The notes below the pieces were generated by a model that was not told the origin of the DNA, searched no databases, and saw only the letters and a program-made list of their open reading frames with translations. Positions 37,017 to 49,922 of a stretch of 64,000 nt of DNA are shown piece by piece. Positions within the stretch are counted from its first letter, which is position 1, and each line of letters starts with the position of its first letter. Both the position numbers and the translations under genes were made by a program. The stretch comes from Felis catus (taxonomy: Eukaryota), in contig NC_058368.1 in the NCBI RefSeq assembly GCF_018350175.1, positions 79,920,001 through 79,984,000 on the forward strand, read 5' to 3'.

Positions 37017-38045
37017 GGACTATCGTGAGGATTCTATTTCTCAGGTTTTCTCAGGGACACAGGGACACAGGGACACTCCACCTCATTCGGATATGTGGTC
37101 GTCTGCAGTGTGGCTGTTGAAAAAAAAAACTGGAACTTGTCCTTTTACAGGGCTGCTCTCAACACCCAGATGCCCCTGCCCCCCAAACTGCTCTGCAGCA
37201 CGCACGGGGGCAGGGAGTGGGCACACGCTTTGAGTCATGTCAGTGTGACCATAGCCCCCGGCCACATCACCGCCCACCTGTCTGGGCAGGACCCGTGGGC
37301 CAGGTTCCTTTTGCCCCGCCCCCCCGCTCCCCAGTCCCAGAGAAGAATGCTGGAGGGGCTGGGACAGAGCTGAGCACCTGCACGGATTCACTCCGAGCTT
37401 GCTCAAGGTGCGAGTGTGGATGAAGGACAGGGACCCGTTATTCTGGACGCTGCAGCGGGAGGGGCTCAGGGCTTCTCCTCCTCACCATGTGCAGAGGGTC
37501 CGGGGCCACCCTGACACAGGGAAAATCAAGCTGACGGAGCCCATGGTTTGGCTCTGAATAAGGGGGGTGGGCAGGACACCAAGGGTCTCACCTAAAGTAA
37601 CTGGGGTCTTCCTGCAGGAATTATAGAACTTATGAGACAGTGTCTCCAGATCACAGGCCACAGAACAAGATGGTGGTATTCAAGTGAAACCACAGAAATT
37701 AAACACGGTAATAGTCTGAGTGTTTCTGCCCACGGCTCTGGAAGAGGAGTGTCACCCAGTCTGTCTACACAGACAATTAATCTGGACTGGACTCACATCA
37801 CTCACATCGCACCATGCTCCCTGTTTCTGCTTATTTCCGATTCAGAAACTGCACCTGGTGTCTAAAGTTTACCTCCCAAAATTTAAGTTTGTGCCTATGA
37901 CTCAGACACTCTTTGAACAGAGCAGGGTTTAGACAAACGCATTACCAGGCCACCAGTTGACCCAAGGACATACAGTAAAGCTGTGTCTACAGCATCTGCT
38001 CTATGTAGGCACCCGTGATGAACCCAGTCCAGTGTAAGTACGTAC

Positions 38046-38072
38046 CTTCATTCCTGGTAACCCTGGTGGTCC
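38046..38072 (-). CDS. COL4A1: COL4A1 exon 8 (27 nt): GPPGLPGMK
   Basis: tag|GGACCA...ATGAAG|gtacgt. Confidence 0.94.
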
Positions 38073-38171
38073 CTATAAAAGAAAAGGCTGGTATCAGTTT
38101 TGTTTCTCTCAAAACAGCATTAGCATTAGGACACAAGTGCAAAAAAAAAAAAAGGGAAAGGAAGTGAAGAA

Positions 38172-38395
38172 TTTTTTTTCAAATATTTTTTAATGTTTGT
38201 TTATATTTGAGAAAGATAGTGGGAGTGTGCGAGTAAGAGAGGGGCAGAGAGAGAGGGAGACATGGAATAGGAAGCAGGCTCCAGGCTCTGAGCTGTCAGC
38301 CCAGAGCCCGACACGGGGCTTGAACCCATGAACCGCGAGATCATGATCTGAGCTGAAGTCGGGACACTTAACTGACTGAGCCACCCAGATGCCCC
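38172..38395 (-). mobile_element. CAN-SINE in intron 7, same sense as COL4A1
   Basis: Reverse complement of the SINEC head (gccacccagatgcccc), (GA)n and T-rich tail. Confidence 0.92.
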
Positions 38396-38442
38396 AAGAA
38401 GAGAAGAACGATAACCGAAGAAAGAAACGATGCTATACTCAC

Positions 38443-38496
38443 GGGATTTCCAGTGAATCCAGGCAAACCCGGAGGCCCCAGAGGCCCTGGCTCGCC
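38443..38496 (-). CDS. COL4A1: COL4A1 exon 7 (54 nt): GEPGPLGPPGLPGFTGNP
   Basis: cag|GGCGAG...AATCCC|gtgagt. Confidence 0.95.
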
Positions 38497-38973
38497 CTGA
38501 GGGGACAGCAGAAAGTCACTCGGGTGTGTGGCCAGGCACACAGCACATCCTCCCAGACGCCCACACCAGGTACTCTGTCCTTCCCTTCACAGATCCTTCA
38601 CTTGTTGGGACCCCCTAACAATTACCTGTTGGCAGCTACCCTGCTCAGTGCTACTTGGTGACAGGAGAAATACACATGAGAATATAACGGATAGGGACAA
38701 GGGATAATAATAACATTTCCTTATTTGCTTCAGCAACAGATTAGAGGCAAGAAATTTAGTGTTTATAGCAATCGCAGGATAAGAGTCCACAAAAAAGGCA
38801 ACGCTTTGCCTTTTGTGAATATTAAATATGGGGAAACTGATTTCCTCATCAATTAAAGGACACTTTAAGGCGAACAGCTTTCCATCTGTGGCAACAAAAA
38901 CCGTGTCATAGGACTTCTCAACATGAGTCGGGTAACCAGAGCACGGGGAGAAGGGCCTGTGTTCCAAATTTAC

Positions 38974-39036
38974 CTTTGTTCCATTGCATCCGGGGATACC
39001 TGGAGGACCGGGGGGGCCGTCTTGGCCGGGAATACC
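38974..39036 (-). CDS. COL4A1: COL4A1 exon 6 (63 nt): [21 protein letters not shown] (7S Cys and N-glycosylation sequon NGT)
   Basis: cag|GGTATT...ACAAAG|gtaaat. Confidence 0.96.
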
Positions 39037-39143
39037 CTGCAATTAACAAAGTGAAAAGTAGCCAGAACAGAGGATCACATGATGGTGGGGTCACGCACAT
39101 CAGAAGTCTCCTTAAGGAAGCATACAGGAAGTTAGATACATAC

Positions 39144-39188
39144 AGGAAGTCCTGGGTTTCCCGGGTAACCTGATGCTCCTGGGGGTCC
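39144..39188 (-). CDS. COL4A1: COL4A1 exon 5 (45 nt): GPPGASGYPGNPGLP
   Basis: cag|GGACCC...CTTCCT|gtatgt. Confidence 0.95.
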
Positions 39189-40467
39189 CTGTAAGGATGG
39201 AAATGAGAGAGTGCAGTGAGTCGGGGGGACCCTCGTCTCCTCCCACCACACCCACATGGCTCAGGGTGTCACACCCATGTCGCTGGGGCTCGGGGCATCC
39301 ACCCTAAGCACACACTGCATTCTGGGGGCAGGCAGCTGAGGGCCCGGCCCCCGGAAGCAGCAACTCTATACCAAAAGCTGACGCTAATTACAGCAAAACC
39401 TTGGTTTGCAAGTCACTGGTTCTGCGAGGGTTCCACAAGACGAGCAAACACCTCTAATACATTTTAACTTGATAAACGAGCGGTGTCTTGCCATGCGAGT
39501 CCTTCATGACACCGAACGTCACGTGATCACAACTGAGTCTGTGGTTCTTGAAATCCACTTTGATACACGAGTGCTTTGGATGACAAGTGTGTTTCCAGAA
39601 GGAATTATGCTCACAAACCAAGGTTTTACTGTTCTTCTAAGACCAAGGCTGCACAGCCACAAAATAACCCTGTCCTCATTCCACACTTGGTGATTTGTAG
39701 GTAAAATATATTCTTTATTATGTGTATAGTGTGTATGTAAACATGCACGTTATATACGTAGTATACGTGCAAACGCATACAAGTTACGTGTATATAAATA
39801 TAGACACAATTTACATTAAAATCGCAAACTGCTGGGAAGAAGCATTTGTAAGAGAACTCGGTTCACTGGGGGAGGGGGCAGCCCAGTCCTTCCCAGTGGA
39901 AGTCTGGATCTGCTCCGTCACGGGCACCCCCGGGGCCATTTCCTCTACCTCCTGCCCAAGGTGCCGGGGACTGTGTCAGAACAGCGGAATGAAACGTTTA
40001 CAGCGCCTCTGTTTCTCTGCTTTCAGAACGTGCTTTCAGAGGTCTTCCTCTTTGCATTTGCCAGGAATGGAAGGAGCAAAACCAGAGTGCAGTGTGAAGA
40101 AGGAAGACCCAAGTGAGCGCTGAGAAGGTTCGCCCTTTTCTCGATAATGGCAGCCCTTTTCTTTCATGACTTGTAGACACGTCATCGCCCCTCCCCCAAA
40201 GCACACCATGTGTGCGAGAACCCTCTGGAAGAAAAGAACCGATGGGAAAAGCCACCACAAGGGCGGGGGTCGGAGCAGGGGGCTCACATCAGCCCCCCGG
40301 CCCCGCACGGTTGGAGCTCTGGGAAGATGGACGGACAAGGATGGGGGCAGAGGGGGCGCCCCTCAGGGCTGCTGGGAGGTGAGAAGGGGTGAAGGGCCCT
40401 CAAGCGGAGGCATCATTCTATCACGCATCACCACAGCCTCACAGACTTAGGTGACAGGTGTACTCAC

Positions 40468-40512
40468 CCTTGTCCCCTTTGTTCCAGGCAGTCCGGGTTC
40501 TCCAGTGTCACC
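40468..40512 (-). CDS. COL4A1: COL4A1 exon 4 (45 nt): [15 protein letters not shown]
   Basis: cag|GGTGAC...ACAAGG|gtgagt. Confidence 0.95.
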
Positions 40513-40601
40513 CTGCAAGCAAACAGAAGTGCCACCGTGACAAGAACGTGGACCACCTTAAACTCACACCCTCCTCCCCGCAGTGGCACGGCCAAGCTTA
40601 C

Positions 40602-40691
40602 CTTCTGTCCCGGGGGCCCCTGCGGCCCCTCCGGTCCTTGCATCCCGGGGAACCCGATGACACCCTGCAAGCCCGGGAGGCCTCTTTCGCC
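40602..40691 (-). CDS. COL4A1: COL4A1 exon 3 (90 nt): [30 protein letters not shown]
   Basis: cag|GGCGAA...CAGAAG|gtaagc. Confidence 0.96.
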
Positions 40692-41297
40692 CTGCGGGGG
40701 AGAAGGAGCAGGTCAGATGGGAGGTGTGCTGGCAGAAATGGAGGGAAGGGATCGGCACTCACCCCTGCCATGACCGTCCAGCACCGCACAAGTCCCTGCG
40801 GGCACCTGAAGGTCCACACTCCAAACTAACTCCCGTTCCAGGAGGCTTTTCTCCATTGCGTGCCAAGCTCTTTGAGCACAGGAGTGTTCACCTCCGACAC
40901 CTGGGACAATGCTTTCTATGTTCTATATTCTAAATGCTCAATAACTTACTGGGTAAATAAAATAATGGCTAGTTGGGTTTTTTTCACCGAATTGATTATG
41001 CTGTCATTCAACTAGTGGGATCTTATTTTCGGCATGCGCGGCACTGAGAATCTGTAAGCAGAGCATCACAGTTTTCCTTCGGATTTCTAGGAGGTGTGTA
41101 GGCAGAGCTCATGGTGTGAGCTTCCACACGAGATGCTAAGACCTCTCTGTGCAATCAACAATCAGACGATGGGCTTTCAAAAGTGTCCTTAAAAAGTGTT
41201 TGTTTGCAAAGGCACAAAGTTTAGTTAGAGTCTCTGTCAATGCTCTTGGAGCAAAAAGAAATAAGAAACATCGTTTTTAAAATACTATCATTCAGTT

Positions 41298-41528
41298 GGG
41301 GGGGGGGGCCTGGGTGGCTAAGTCCATTAAGCATGTGACTTTGGCTCAGGTCATGGTCTCACAGCTCATGAGTTTGAGCCCCATGTCAGGCTCTGTGCTG
41401 ACAGCTCAGAGCCTGGAGCCTACTTCAGATTCGGTCTCCCTCTCTCTCTGCCCCTCCCCTGCTTGCCCTCTATCTCTCTCTCAAAAATAATAAATAAGCA
41501 TTAAAAAATTTTTAATAAAATAAAAATA
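41298..41528 (+). mobile_element. CAN-SINE (SINEC_Fc-type)
   Basis: 19-bp TSD taaaata(c/t)tatcattcagt at 41278-41296 and 41529-41547. Confidence 0.93.
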
Positions 41529-43149
41529 TAAAATATTATCATTCAGTGCATGTGCAGGCAGTCGTAATACACTCAAAAAGGAAAAAGAAAGGTCCAAATG
41601 TCTGGGGTTCTGAGCCCGAAGCTGGCGCTTGAAGGATGAACACAAAATAAGTACGTGAAGGAAAGAGAGGAGTCACTGAGCCTGGAAGGTGGGGAACAGG
41701 CAGCGATGAGGGCGATCTCGGTCGTGTGAGCACAAGAAACTAAAACAAAATACAACCAGCACAAGAGTAAGCAGAACGTCGACGTTTGACCCGGAAACAG
41801 GATTTCTCCCAGAGGCACCAGCGAGCCCGTGACCTGATGCCACGACAATGAAGGAAGATCGCCACCCTCAGACTGCCAAGATAAAACCACCCACAATCGC
41901 GAGCTGAAATCATGAAAACTTGTGTGCTCTACAGTACGTGGACTTCACTGCAATCTTCCAGAACAAAGGGTGCAGATGAAACAGCCATCGCCAGCTGACT
42001 TGAAAAAGCAGACGGTCCTATGGATTACTTAGCACCCAGTACTTTCTCAGTCATATCGGCCCAAAGCAAAACTAAACAGGCGAGCTATACGGTATACAAC
42101 ATAAGCATTAACCCCCAGAAGAGCGGGTCCCCGAGAGTTACTGGAAAGTTTCACCGTCGTACAGACAGAGGGAAACAGGGCAAGGGGTCTAGGATCTGCC
42201 CTTCTCTCCACACCGCTGGCCGGTCCTGGCGCTGCTGGCAAATTCAGCACCTGTTGCATTTTTAGAAGCGCAGAATGGGCTCTGAGCTTGGGACTTCCAC
42301 CGCTGCTCCCCCTCCGTGGACCGCAGAATTAGCTGGAAGTGGAAGTCGGGAGTCCAGAAGCAGCGTGTGAGCAAATGTGCAGATGAGTGCTAACTCTGGT
42401 AAAAGGATTCAAGAAAACTAAGCCGTGCAGCCTGGCACAGCCCTCAGGACAGCAGCGTCCAGAGACTCCAGCCAGAGGAGCAAATGCTAACGTGCCCGGA
42501 GCCCTCGGCACAGGATTCGACACGGCTGGCTCCTCCTCCCGAGAACTGGGACAGCCGGCGAAGGAAAGCGTTCTCAGACCAACACCTGTTCACATGGAAA
42601 GCTACTCAAATATATTCATTCTTACACTGAAACATAATGAACCGTGGGCTCCAACCACAGAGAGCGCTGACCATAGAGATGCTCCGTCATCGTGCCCACC
42701 TCCTCGCTACCACTCGGATGTGGGAAAATTCTACCCGAAACAGAATAGAACTGAACTTCCAAGAGCTGGCTGAGAAAAATACATGAACACCGAGTTGTGT
42801 CTCCCCAGATAACCTAATAGGACATCGGAAGGACGTGTGAGAGGCGCATCGATGTAAGAGCCTCCCCATGTATTTGGTGGCATATTTTTAGAACTTCATT
42901 AGTATTTGGCTCTATTGCTATGAGACCCAGTGCAGAGAAGACTTTATAATTCTCATTTTAACCATGGAACGCATGGAGGCCGAGAGCCAGATTCGCTGAG
43001 TTCTGCAAGTTTCTCACTGAGTCAGCGCTAAAGCCAAAAATAGAAATGAGGTCAGCCTGCACCACAGTGCATGGTTTTTCTAGGTCACTAGAGCAAGCTG
43101 GTTCCCAGCAAACTGTTGAACGATTCACCGACGTGAAGTTCGCCCCTCT

Positions 43150-43270
43150 TATGTCCATTTCACAGACAGGGACGTTAGGATTCTGACACGGAACTGACTT
43201 GTCACATGTCACCGGGTGACCCCTGCACGCTGCTGGGAACAGAACACAGAAATCAGACTCCCAGTCTTTG
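43150..43270. mobile_element. Possible MIR fragment
   Basis: ccatttcacagacagggac...tgacttgtcacatgtcac resembles the MIR core; very diverged. Confidence 0.4.
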
Positions 43271-43789
43271 CTTACACCACAAGAACACATTCTTTCCCAA
43301 ATGTCCCTGGAACACTTAAGCAATCCGTATATCCCAAGAGTTTTGGAATTAACTAGCTACGAAGGAAGTGACTCCTCCATTGACATGGTTCTTGTTATCT
43401 CCCACGTATTTTTTTTTAACTTTCCCACTCTTTTTGTTCAGACAAGAGTGCACATGAATAATCCAATATCCCGTGCCCCGTCCAAGGCTATTATGGGCAC
43501 CCGAGCAGAGCCAGCAGACAGGATAAACGTTCAAACAGCTATACAGTTAGCTGGCACACAGCGTGCGCGGAATGCAGGCCAAATTACTCCTCTGAGCTTT
43601 CAGCAAATCCCCACTGTCGTTGTAGGAAGCGTTGGCTGATCCAGACAGGCAGTGCAGCTGTAGAAGTAAGACCTCGACTGTGGCCACCCGTACACTGGGG
43701 GTCAAGGCAGGAGGGGTTGTGCCGTCAGCGTCCCTGAGAAACAGGACCGAGTCATCTACACCCCACGATGCGGTAAAGGCAAAGGCCAA

Positions 43790-44014
43790 GGGGCGCCTGG
43801 GGGGCTCAGTCGGTCGAGCGTCCGACTTCAGCTCAGGTCATGATCTCACAGTTAGTGAGTTCGAGCCCCTGCGTCGGGGCTCTGTGCTGACAGCCCAGAG
43901 CCTGGAACCTGCTTCAGATTCTGTGTCTCCCTCTCTCTGCCCCTCCCCTGCTCGTGCTCTGTCTCTTTCTGTCTCTCGAAAATGAATAAACGTTAAAAAA
44001 AAATTTTTTTTTTA
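43790..44014 (+). mobile_element. CAN-SINE (SINEC_Fc-type)
   Basis: Head, CT region and tail; degenerate TSD aaggcaaaggccaa / aaggcaaggtccaa. Confidence 0.93.
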
Positions 44015-45900
44015 AACAAGGCAAGGTCCAAAAGGCCATGGCGGCCACCTAACCTGTACCGGGCAGAAATGGAACCCCCGACCACTGTTCATCACAGTAA
44101 TGAGCATCTCCAATGGAGGGAAGACCAGAGAAGCTGGTAAAATATGACACAAAAGTGTGGATGCAATTGCATTTCATACTTTTATTCTCCAACGTCAGTG
44201 CAACTGTATTAGATTCATTTTAAAACGTCTATGCATCGACAGCAGAACCGATTACCAATGTGTCCTCAAATGATGGAATTCAGAGTTTGAAGAGGAAGAG
44301 CAAAATGCCATCATTATAAAGATGAAAGAATACAGCCATGGAGAACAATCTTGGCATCGAAATTAGCCATTCTAAATTAGGCATGAAATACAGTTTCACG
44401 CATGGAGTAACTTACAGATTTTGCATAACGTATGTATTATCTAAAGCAAGGACATACTTTTAAAACTCCATCAGATAGGAGGATAAAAGATTCTGTTATA
44501 ATATCAATTACTCCCCTTCCTCTTAAAATGCTTATGGAAACAAGCTCAAGATGGAACTCCAACGCTAGGACGTGACACCCTTTCCTGTCCAAGTCAGGAA
44601 AATCCAAATACAAACGAAGCCCCCTGGTTGGCTGAAATTGGAAGAGTTGTAAAGCTTCTAACTTCGAAAGGTAATACAGTTACGAACCACAAACACTGAA
44701 GTTAACACAACATAAACCTAAAGTAAGCGGTCAAGTCCTACTATCAGAGGCTGTAGCATGCCTGTTTCAAGAGTCAGCATGGGATCACATCCTTTTAGTT
44801 AAGTTTTAAATTACGTTTTCACATCTAAAATGATATGACCGAGGATCTTTACAGTGGACAGAAGCACAGGAAAAGTGTGTCCAGAGCACCAGGCTTCCTG
44901 GCCCCAGGAGGGCTGACTGCAGGGGGGTAGAGCCATCCACGCACTTGGGTTCATCCATCACAAAGCAGAACAGACCTCACAAGCAGTGTCAGTTGGAGAT
45001 ATTTTGTAGCTGGGTTTCCACCTCTTAGAAGTAAATACAGTGAGATCGTTTTTTTAATTCACCGTGATCGGGACCCTCTCTGAATTCGCTAAAATCGCTG
45101 AGCGGATGGATGAACTAGCCAGTAGCGACCCACGCTCGTATGGGCGTGCACCCTAGAAACTCAACGCGTAGTACAGGATGGTGACTGGGCCACGGGGCCC
45201 CTTTCCAGGTCTGAAGCCATGCGGGCGCCGTGGGAACCCCGGCTGACATATGTGCCTGCGGCCGAAGCAGCAACAGAAAAAGCAAGCTGTGATCAGGACA
45301 GGACCCCGGATCAGCTGTTTCTTTCTGTCACTGGGCGCCTGGAGGCTTCCATTTCCAAGCAAAGCTGCAAATGAGTGAAGGAATGAAAGCATTCACTTTT
45401 GGAGCCAGGACTCACCAAGAATTCAGCGATGGGGAAACGATTTCAAATGACGGGTCACAGTCAGTCAATGGGTGACATGGGGACTCGGCCAAAAATTCCA
45501 CAAGAGCAATTGCTGAGCCCAACAACCATCTGCGGGGCCATTTCCTGAATGCCGACAGTGGGAAAGTGGTGGGAAGTGTCACGGGGTCCTGGAAAAACTC
45601 TGACGAGGCCCCACTGGGAGCTCCGCCCACACCACGAGGCCTGCCACCGTGGTGGGACTACCGCCCTGGCGCCCCGGCGGGAGGGGAAATACACAGCTGG
45701 AGCCCTGAACACGCTTTCCAAAGAGGAGGACGTAAAGACTGATTCTCCTTTGCAGTAGGAGACACGTACCTGGATTCCTACACGAACACGCGTGTGTTAA
45801 TTTAACGTATACTATGTTTCTTGAGTGAGTTAAAGATGGGGCGAAGACTGTTCCACGTGACCACTCCATCACTTCTATTGTTTCTTGCATTTTAAAATTT

Positions 45901-46114
45901 CAATTTTTTTTAACGTTTATTTATTTTTGAGACAGAGAGAGACAGAGCATGAACAGGGGAGGGGCAGAGAGAGAGGGAGACACAGAATCTGAAACAGGCT
46001 CCAGGCTCTGAGCTGTCAGCACAGAGCCCGACGCGGGGCTTGAACTCACGGACCGTGAGATCATGACCTGAGCCGAAGTCGGACGCTTAACCGACCAAGC
46101 CACCCAGGCGCCCC
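45901..46114 (-). mobile_element. Young CAN-SINE (SINEC_Fc), same sense as COL4A1
   Basis: Perfect 13-bp TSD cattttaaaattt at 45888-45900 and 46115-46127. Confidence 0.95.
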
Positions 46115-48238
46115 CATTTTAAAATTTTAGTATTGAAGCAGGAGAGAGAAAAATAATGCTGCTCAAAAAGCCTGGCTACTGATCTTTTATCTTCTTCCCC
46201 AAACTCTCTCTTTCTCTCTCCAGCCCTCGCTGATGTTCAGCTCAAAGGTCAATATTCAGAATCTTTACGTTGCGGCTCTCCAGAAAATATGTGTTAAGAG
46301 CTTGAGCAATTATATAGGGAGGGGGAGTAAAGATGAGCATTTAAGAGGTTGTTTCTAGAAACGAAGGCATTTCTAGAACGTCCTTTACAAATTCAAGGGA
46401 AGAGAAGACTCGGAAACGTGTTGGGGAAAAAAAAAAATCCCCCAACCCGTGACCTTGGAGTTCATGACCTCATGTGCTGTCAGATCCATTCCATTCCTAG
46501 GAAGGTTCTGGACCCATCCTGACTCTTCTAACCCCACCCACCTCTTGCCACATGGCCACCACCAGGCTTATGACTCTGGGGCTGCAGATGGTCGGGTCTG
46601 TACGGAGAATGGGGCAGACGTGCATGCTGAACTGTGGGAGGGCAGCTGGCTGGGAGCCCTTTCCCCTCTGCAGCTTTACGTGGGTCATTCTGCCACCGGC
46701 TTCCTGGGCAGGAACTCCCAACCCTGCGGAGAGGATCCCTCTCGTGGATAAGGCCCACCTAGGCCCAGCTGATGGCTCCCCAGCTTCAGACAGCCCACAG
46801 ATACAGCACTTCTCCAAGTCTCCATGTTCAAGGACAGATTTCCTTAAGATAAATCCTGATACTGAAACATTATTTGAGCCCACGATACACTCTAGCACAA
46901 TTCTCGGAATTTCAGCACCGCTGTGAAGCCGGCTGGTGGAGCCAAAGTCTCAAATCGTGCGTAACACAAAATGAGCAGGAGGACGGTTGCAGGGGAGCGC
47001 ACAATATGGATGTGTGATTAATCAACATTGGCAACGAACAGAACCCTCGATACTTTCTGACCTGCAAAAATCCACTTTGTACATCAACTTGGAAGAAAAC
47101 AAAAAAGGAATTACAGAGAGTTCTTCACGAAATACTTTCTACAGAACCATCATTCAAAGCAAGAATAACGTGAAAGAGTCCTAGGTGTTGTTTTCATAAA
47201 CTTAAACTGCACGCCTACAGCCATCTAAGGGCCAAATGTCCGACTTCACCCTTCTAGTGGGAAAAACTTTCTAAAAAGCAAAATCAAGTGCTGACAAATT
47301 GTTAGCAGAAAAAAACAAAAACAAAAACAAAACGACAACAACAAAAAAACCACCTTAAAATCTTCCAAAGGCCCCTAGGACTTGTAAAATTTCCTGACAT
47401 GTCTCCCTAATTAGAACTGAATACTGCGGACAGCGGACATGCTCGAAAGCCGTAAGCGGTAGCCAGGATCTTCGGCAGCAAACGTGTGCTTCAGAATTTG
47501 TCTCTTACGCTCTCTCTGAAAAACCAGGCTAACGTGCTTTCGTTAAGTCTCCCTCTGAAGCAGGCATCTGCTCAAAATACTTTGAAGTGTAAATATTTTA
47601 AGCCATTCCCCTGAAGTAGTCAGCTGCCCAAACTGGAAAGAGGAGAAACAGTGTGATAACATTTTCCCCAAGTGCTGTGGATGTATTCTGCCAAATCCCG
47701 AGTATACATTTCCTGGTAAAGTTGACCTTCACCCATAGCTTATGTCCATTTTCCCAGCAAACTGCAACCAAAGGCCGTTCGTTCTCTGGGAAACATTTGT
47801 CCCTCCCGGCCTCTATTAACTCATTCAAATTTCAAGGAGAAGGTTCAAATTTCTGGATGGGTTCTCCTGTAGCCTCCCCCCACCCCCACCCAGGAGCCCT
47901 TCACTCACATGCACTTTTGTCCCCCTCCAGCCTACACCCTGGTTCTCCACCGCCTCCCCGGCCAGGGTCCCGGCCTCCGGGAACACCCAGTGGGGCTCAG
48001 AGATGGATGTTCCCATCTGAAACGTTTGTATTCATACCCCACCCCTTACCATCCCCCAGCACCTGACACATCCCTGGATCTCAGCCAAACATCCCTTCCT
48101 TGGGGAAGACCTTTTAGATGCAGGTGATCTGAAGAAGACAATTGCATTTAACTAATCCAGCTCAATTAAGAGGCAATAAACAAAGGGGGAATGGGCTTTT
48201 AGAGACGTGTGTAAAGAAAGCCCCACAACTCTGGCTTC

Positions 48239-48257
48239 CCACCACAAGGGGGCGCTA
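48239..48257 (+). promoter_or_regulatory. Candidate CTCF-binding motif in intron 2
   Basis: CCACAAGGGGGCGCTA closely matches the CTCF core consensus; motif match only. Confidence 0.6.
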
Positions 48258-48464
48258 GGGGACTACGCTGTCTTCAAATTAAACCCTTCTGGAACCTGAA
48301 GCCTTCAGCCTTTTTTACTATTCATCATATTAATAGACTAATATTAAATATTCAGTGCTGTTGAAGATCTTAGCATGGGCACAGTTCGGAGAAGTCAGTT
48401 TGATAAGGCCTAAAAGATACAATACCCAGGGAAAGAGAGAATTTTACTTAGAATTAAAAATGTA

Positions 48465-48672
48465 GGGGCACCTGGGTGGCTCAGTCGGTTGAGCATCCGA
48501 CTTTATCTCAGGTCATGATCTCGCGGTTTGTGGGTTTGAGCCCCTCATCGGGCTCTGTGCTGACGGCCCGGAGCCTGGAGCCTGCTTCGGATTCTGTGTC
48601 TCCCTCTCTCTCTGCCCCTCCCCTGCTCACGCTCTCTGTCTCTCAATAATAAATTAAAAAAAAATTTTTTTA
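48465..48672 (+). mobile_element. CAN-SINE (SINEC_Fc-type)
   Basis: Perfect 15-bp TSD agaattaaaaatgta at 48450-48464 and 48673-48687. Confidence 0.94.
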
Positions 48673-49759
48673 AGAATTAAAAATGTAATTAAAATTAAAT
48701 ATGAGACTAGTAGCCTGAACATGAAGGCTATAACATGGCAGGTGAGTGTTGATGAACCCACCAGTAATAAGAATGGTGGCTAGTTCTCAGTTTGCTTCTT
48801 CCATTCATTTTATAAACTGAGTACTTGAATCGAACAATAATACAGGAAAAAAGTAAATTCAGCTTTCTAAATGATGGCATGAAAATAGCACACACGGAAA
48901 AAATTTTAAATCCTTACAAAACATTCATAAAACAGGTAGAGGCTGACAGGAGAATTTCTTTAAAGGCTTTTCTTTGGTCCCTTCTACTTCAAGTTTATAG
49001 GAAACACATACATAAGGTGATTTAATCCATTCTGCTGATCTTTGCCATTTGTGAAGGCAAAAAATTCATCCAATTTTTAATGGCTTCCAAAAAACATGAT
49101 TAACATCTCCCTTGCTGAAAACCTGATTTACTGACATGGAGCTCGTGTGAAAATCAGAACCGTAAATGCCTGTGCCTAACCCTACTACCTTCTGTTCTGT
49201 CTGTCACACACAGACTTAAAGATTGTGTTTTAAAGCAGAAAACAGTATAGACATAAAAGGTAGCTCTATTGCGGCTCGGACCCTCACCGTGGCTGTGGAC
49301 GGTTGTGCATGTTACACACTGCAGCGAGTACAGGGTGAAATCCAGCTGCAGCTCAGCACTGGCCCGGCGAGGGGAGGGGGCGCTGGTCCAACAGGCACAG
49401 AGCTGGGCAAAACTCAGTAGCAGCAAAGCCACCAAGCTAGAAATAGACCCTACAAAGGGGTTCTGTTTATGAACGAATGCTTACAAAGCTGCACTCCGGG
49501 GAAAGGGAATAATCTTGCCTAAGAGGAGCTGTGCTTCCACTCACCAGCTCAAGTCCCTTTTCTTCTTTTTTTTTTTTTAACATTCCATGGGATTTATCAA
49601 AATTCTATGTTATACCTTGAAGATTGGGAGAAGGAGAGACACTGCAGGAAAATAACTAATTGACAGCAAAGTAACAAGGTTATTAAGAAGTAGCAGAGTT
49701 AGCAGCTCTGGAGGATGTGGACAGAAAAAGTACATCTTTTTCTCAAAAGACACTTTGCA

Positions 49760-49922
49760 GGGCGCCCAGGGGGCTCAGTCAGTTAAGCGTCCGGCTTCAG
49801 CTCAGTTCACGATCTCGTGGTTCGTGAGTCCAAGCCCCTCATCAGGTTCTGTGCTGACAGTGTGGAGCCTGCTTGGGATTCTCTCTCTCCCCCTCTCAAA
49901 AATGAATAAACATTTTTTTTAA
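49760..49922 (+). mobile_element. Short CAN-SINE
   Basis: TSD aaga(c/t)actttgc at 49747-49758 and 49925-49936. Confidence 0.9.
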
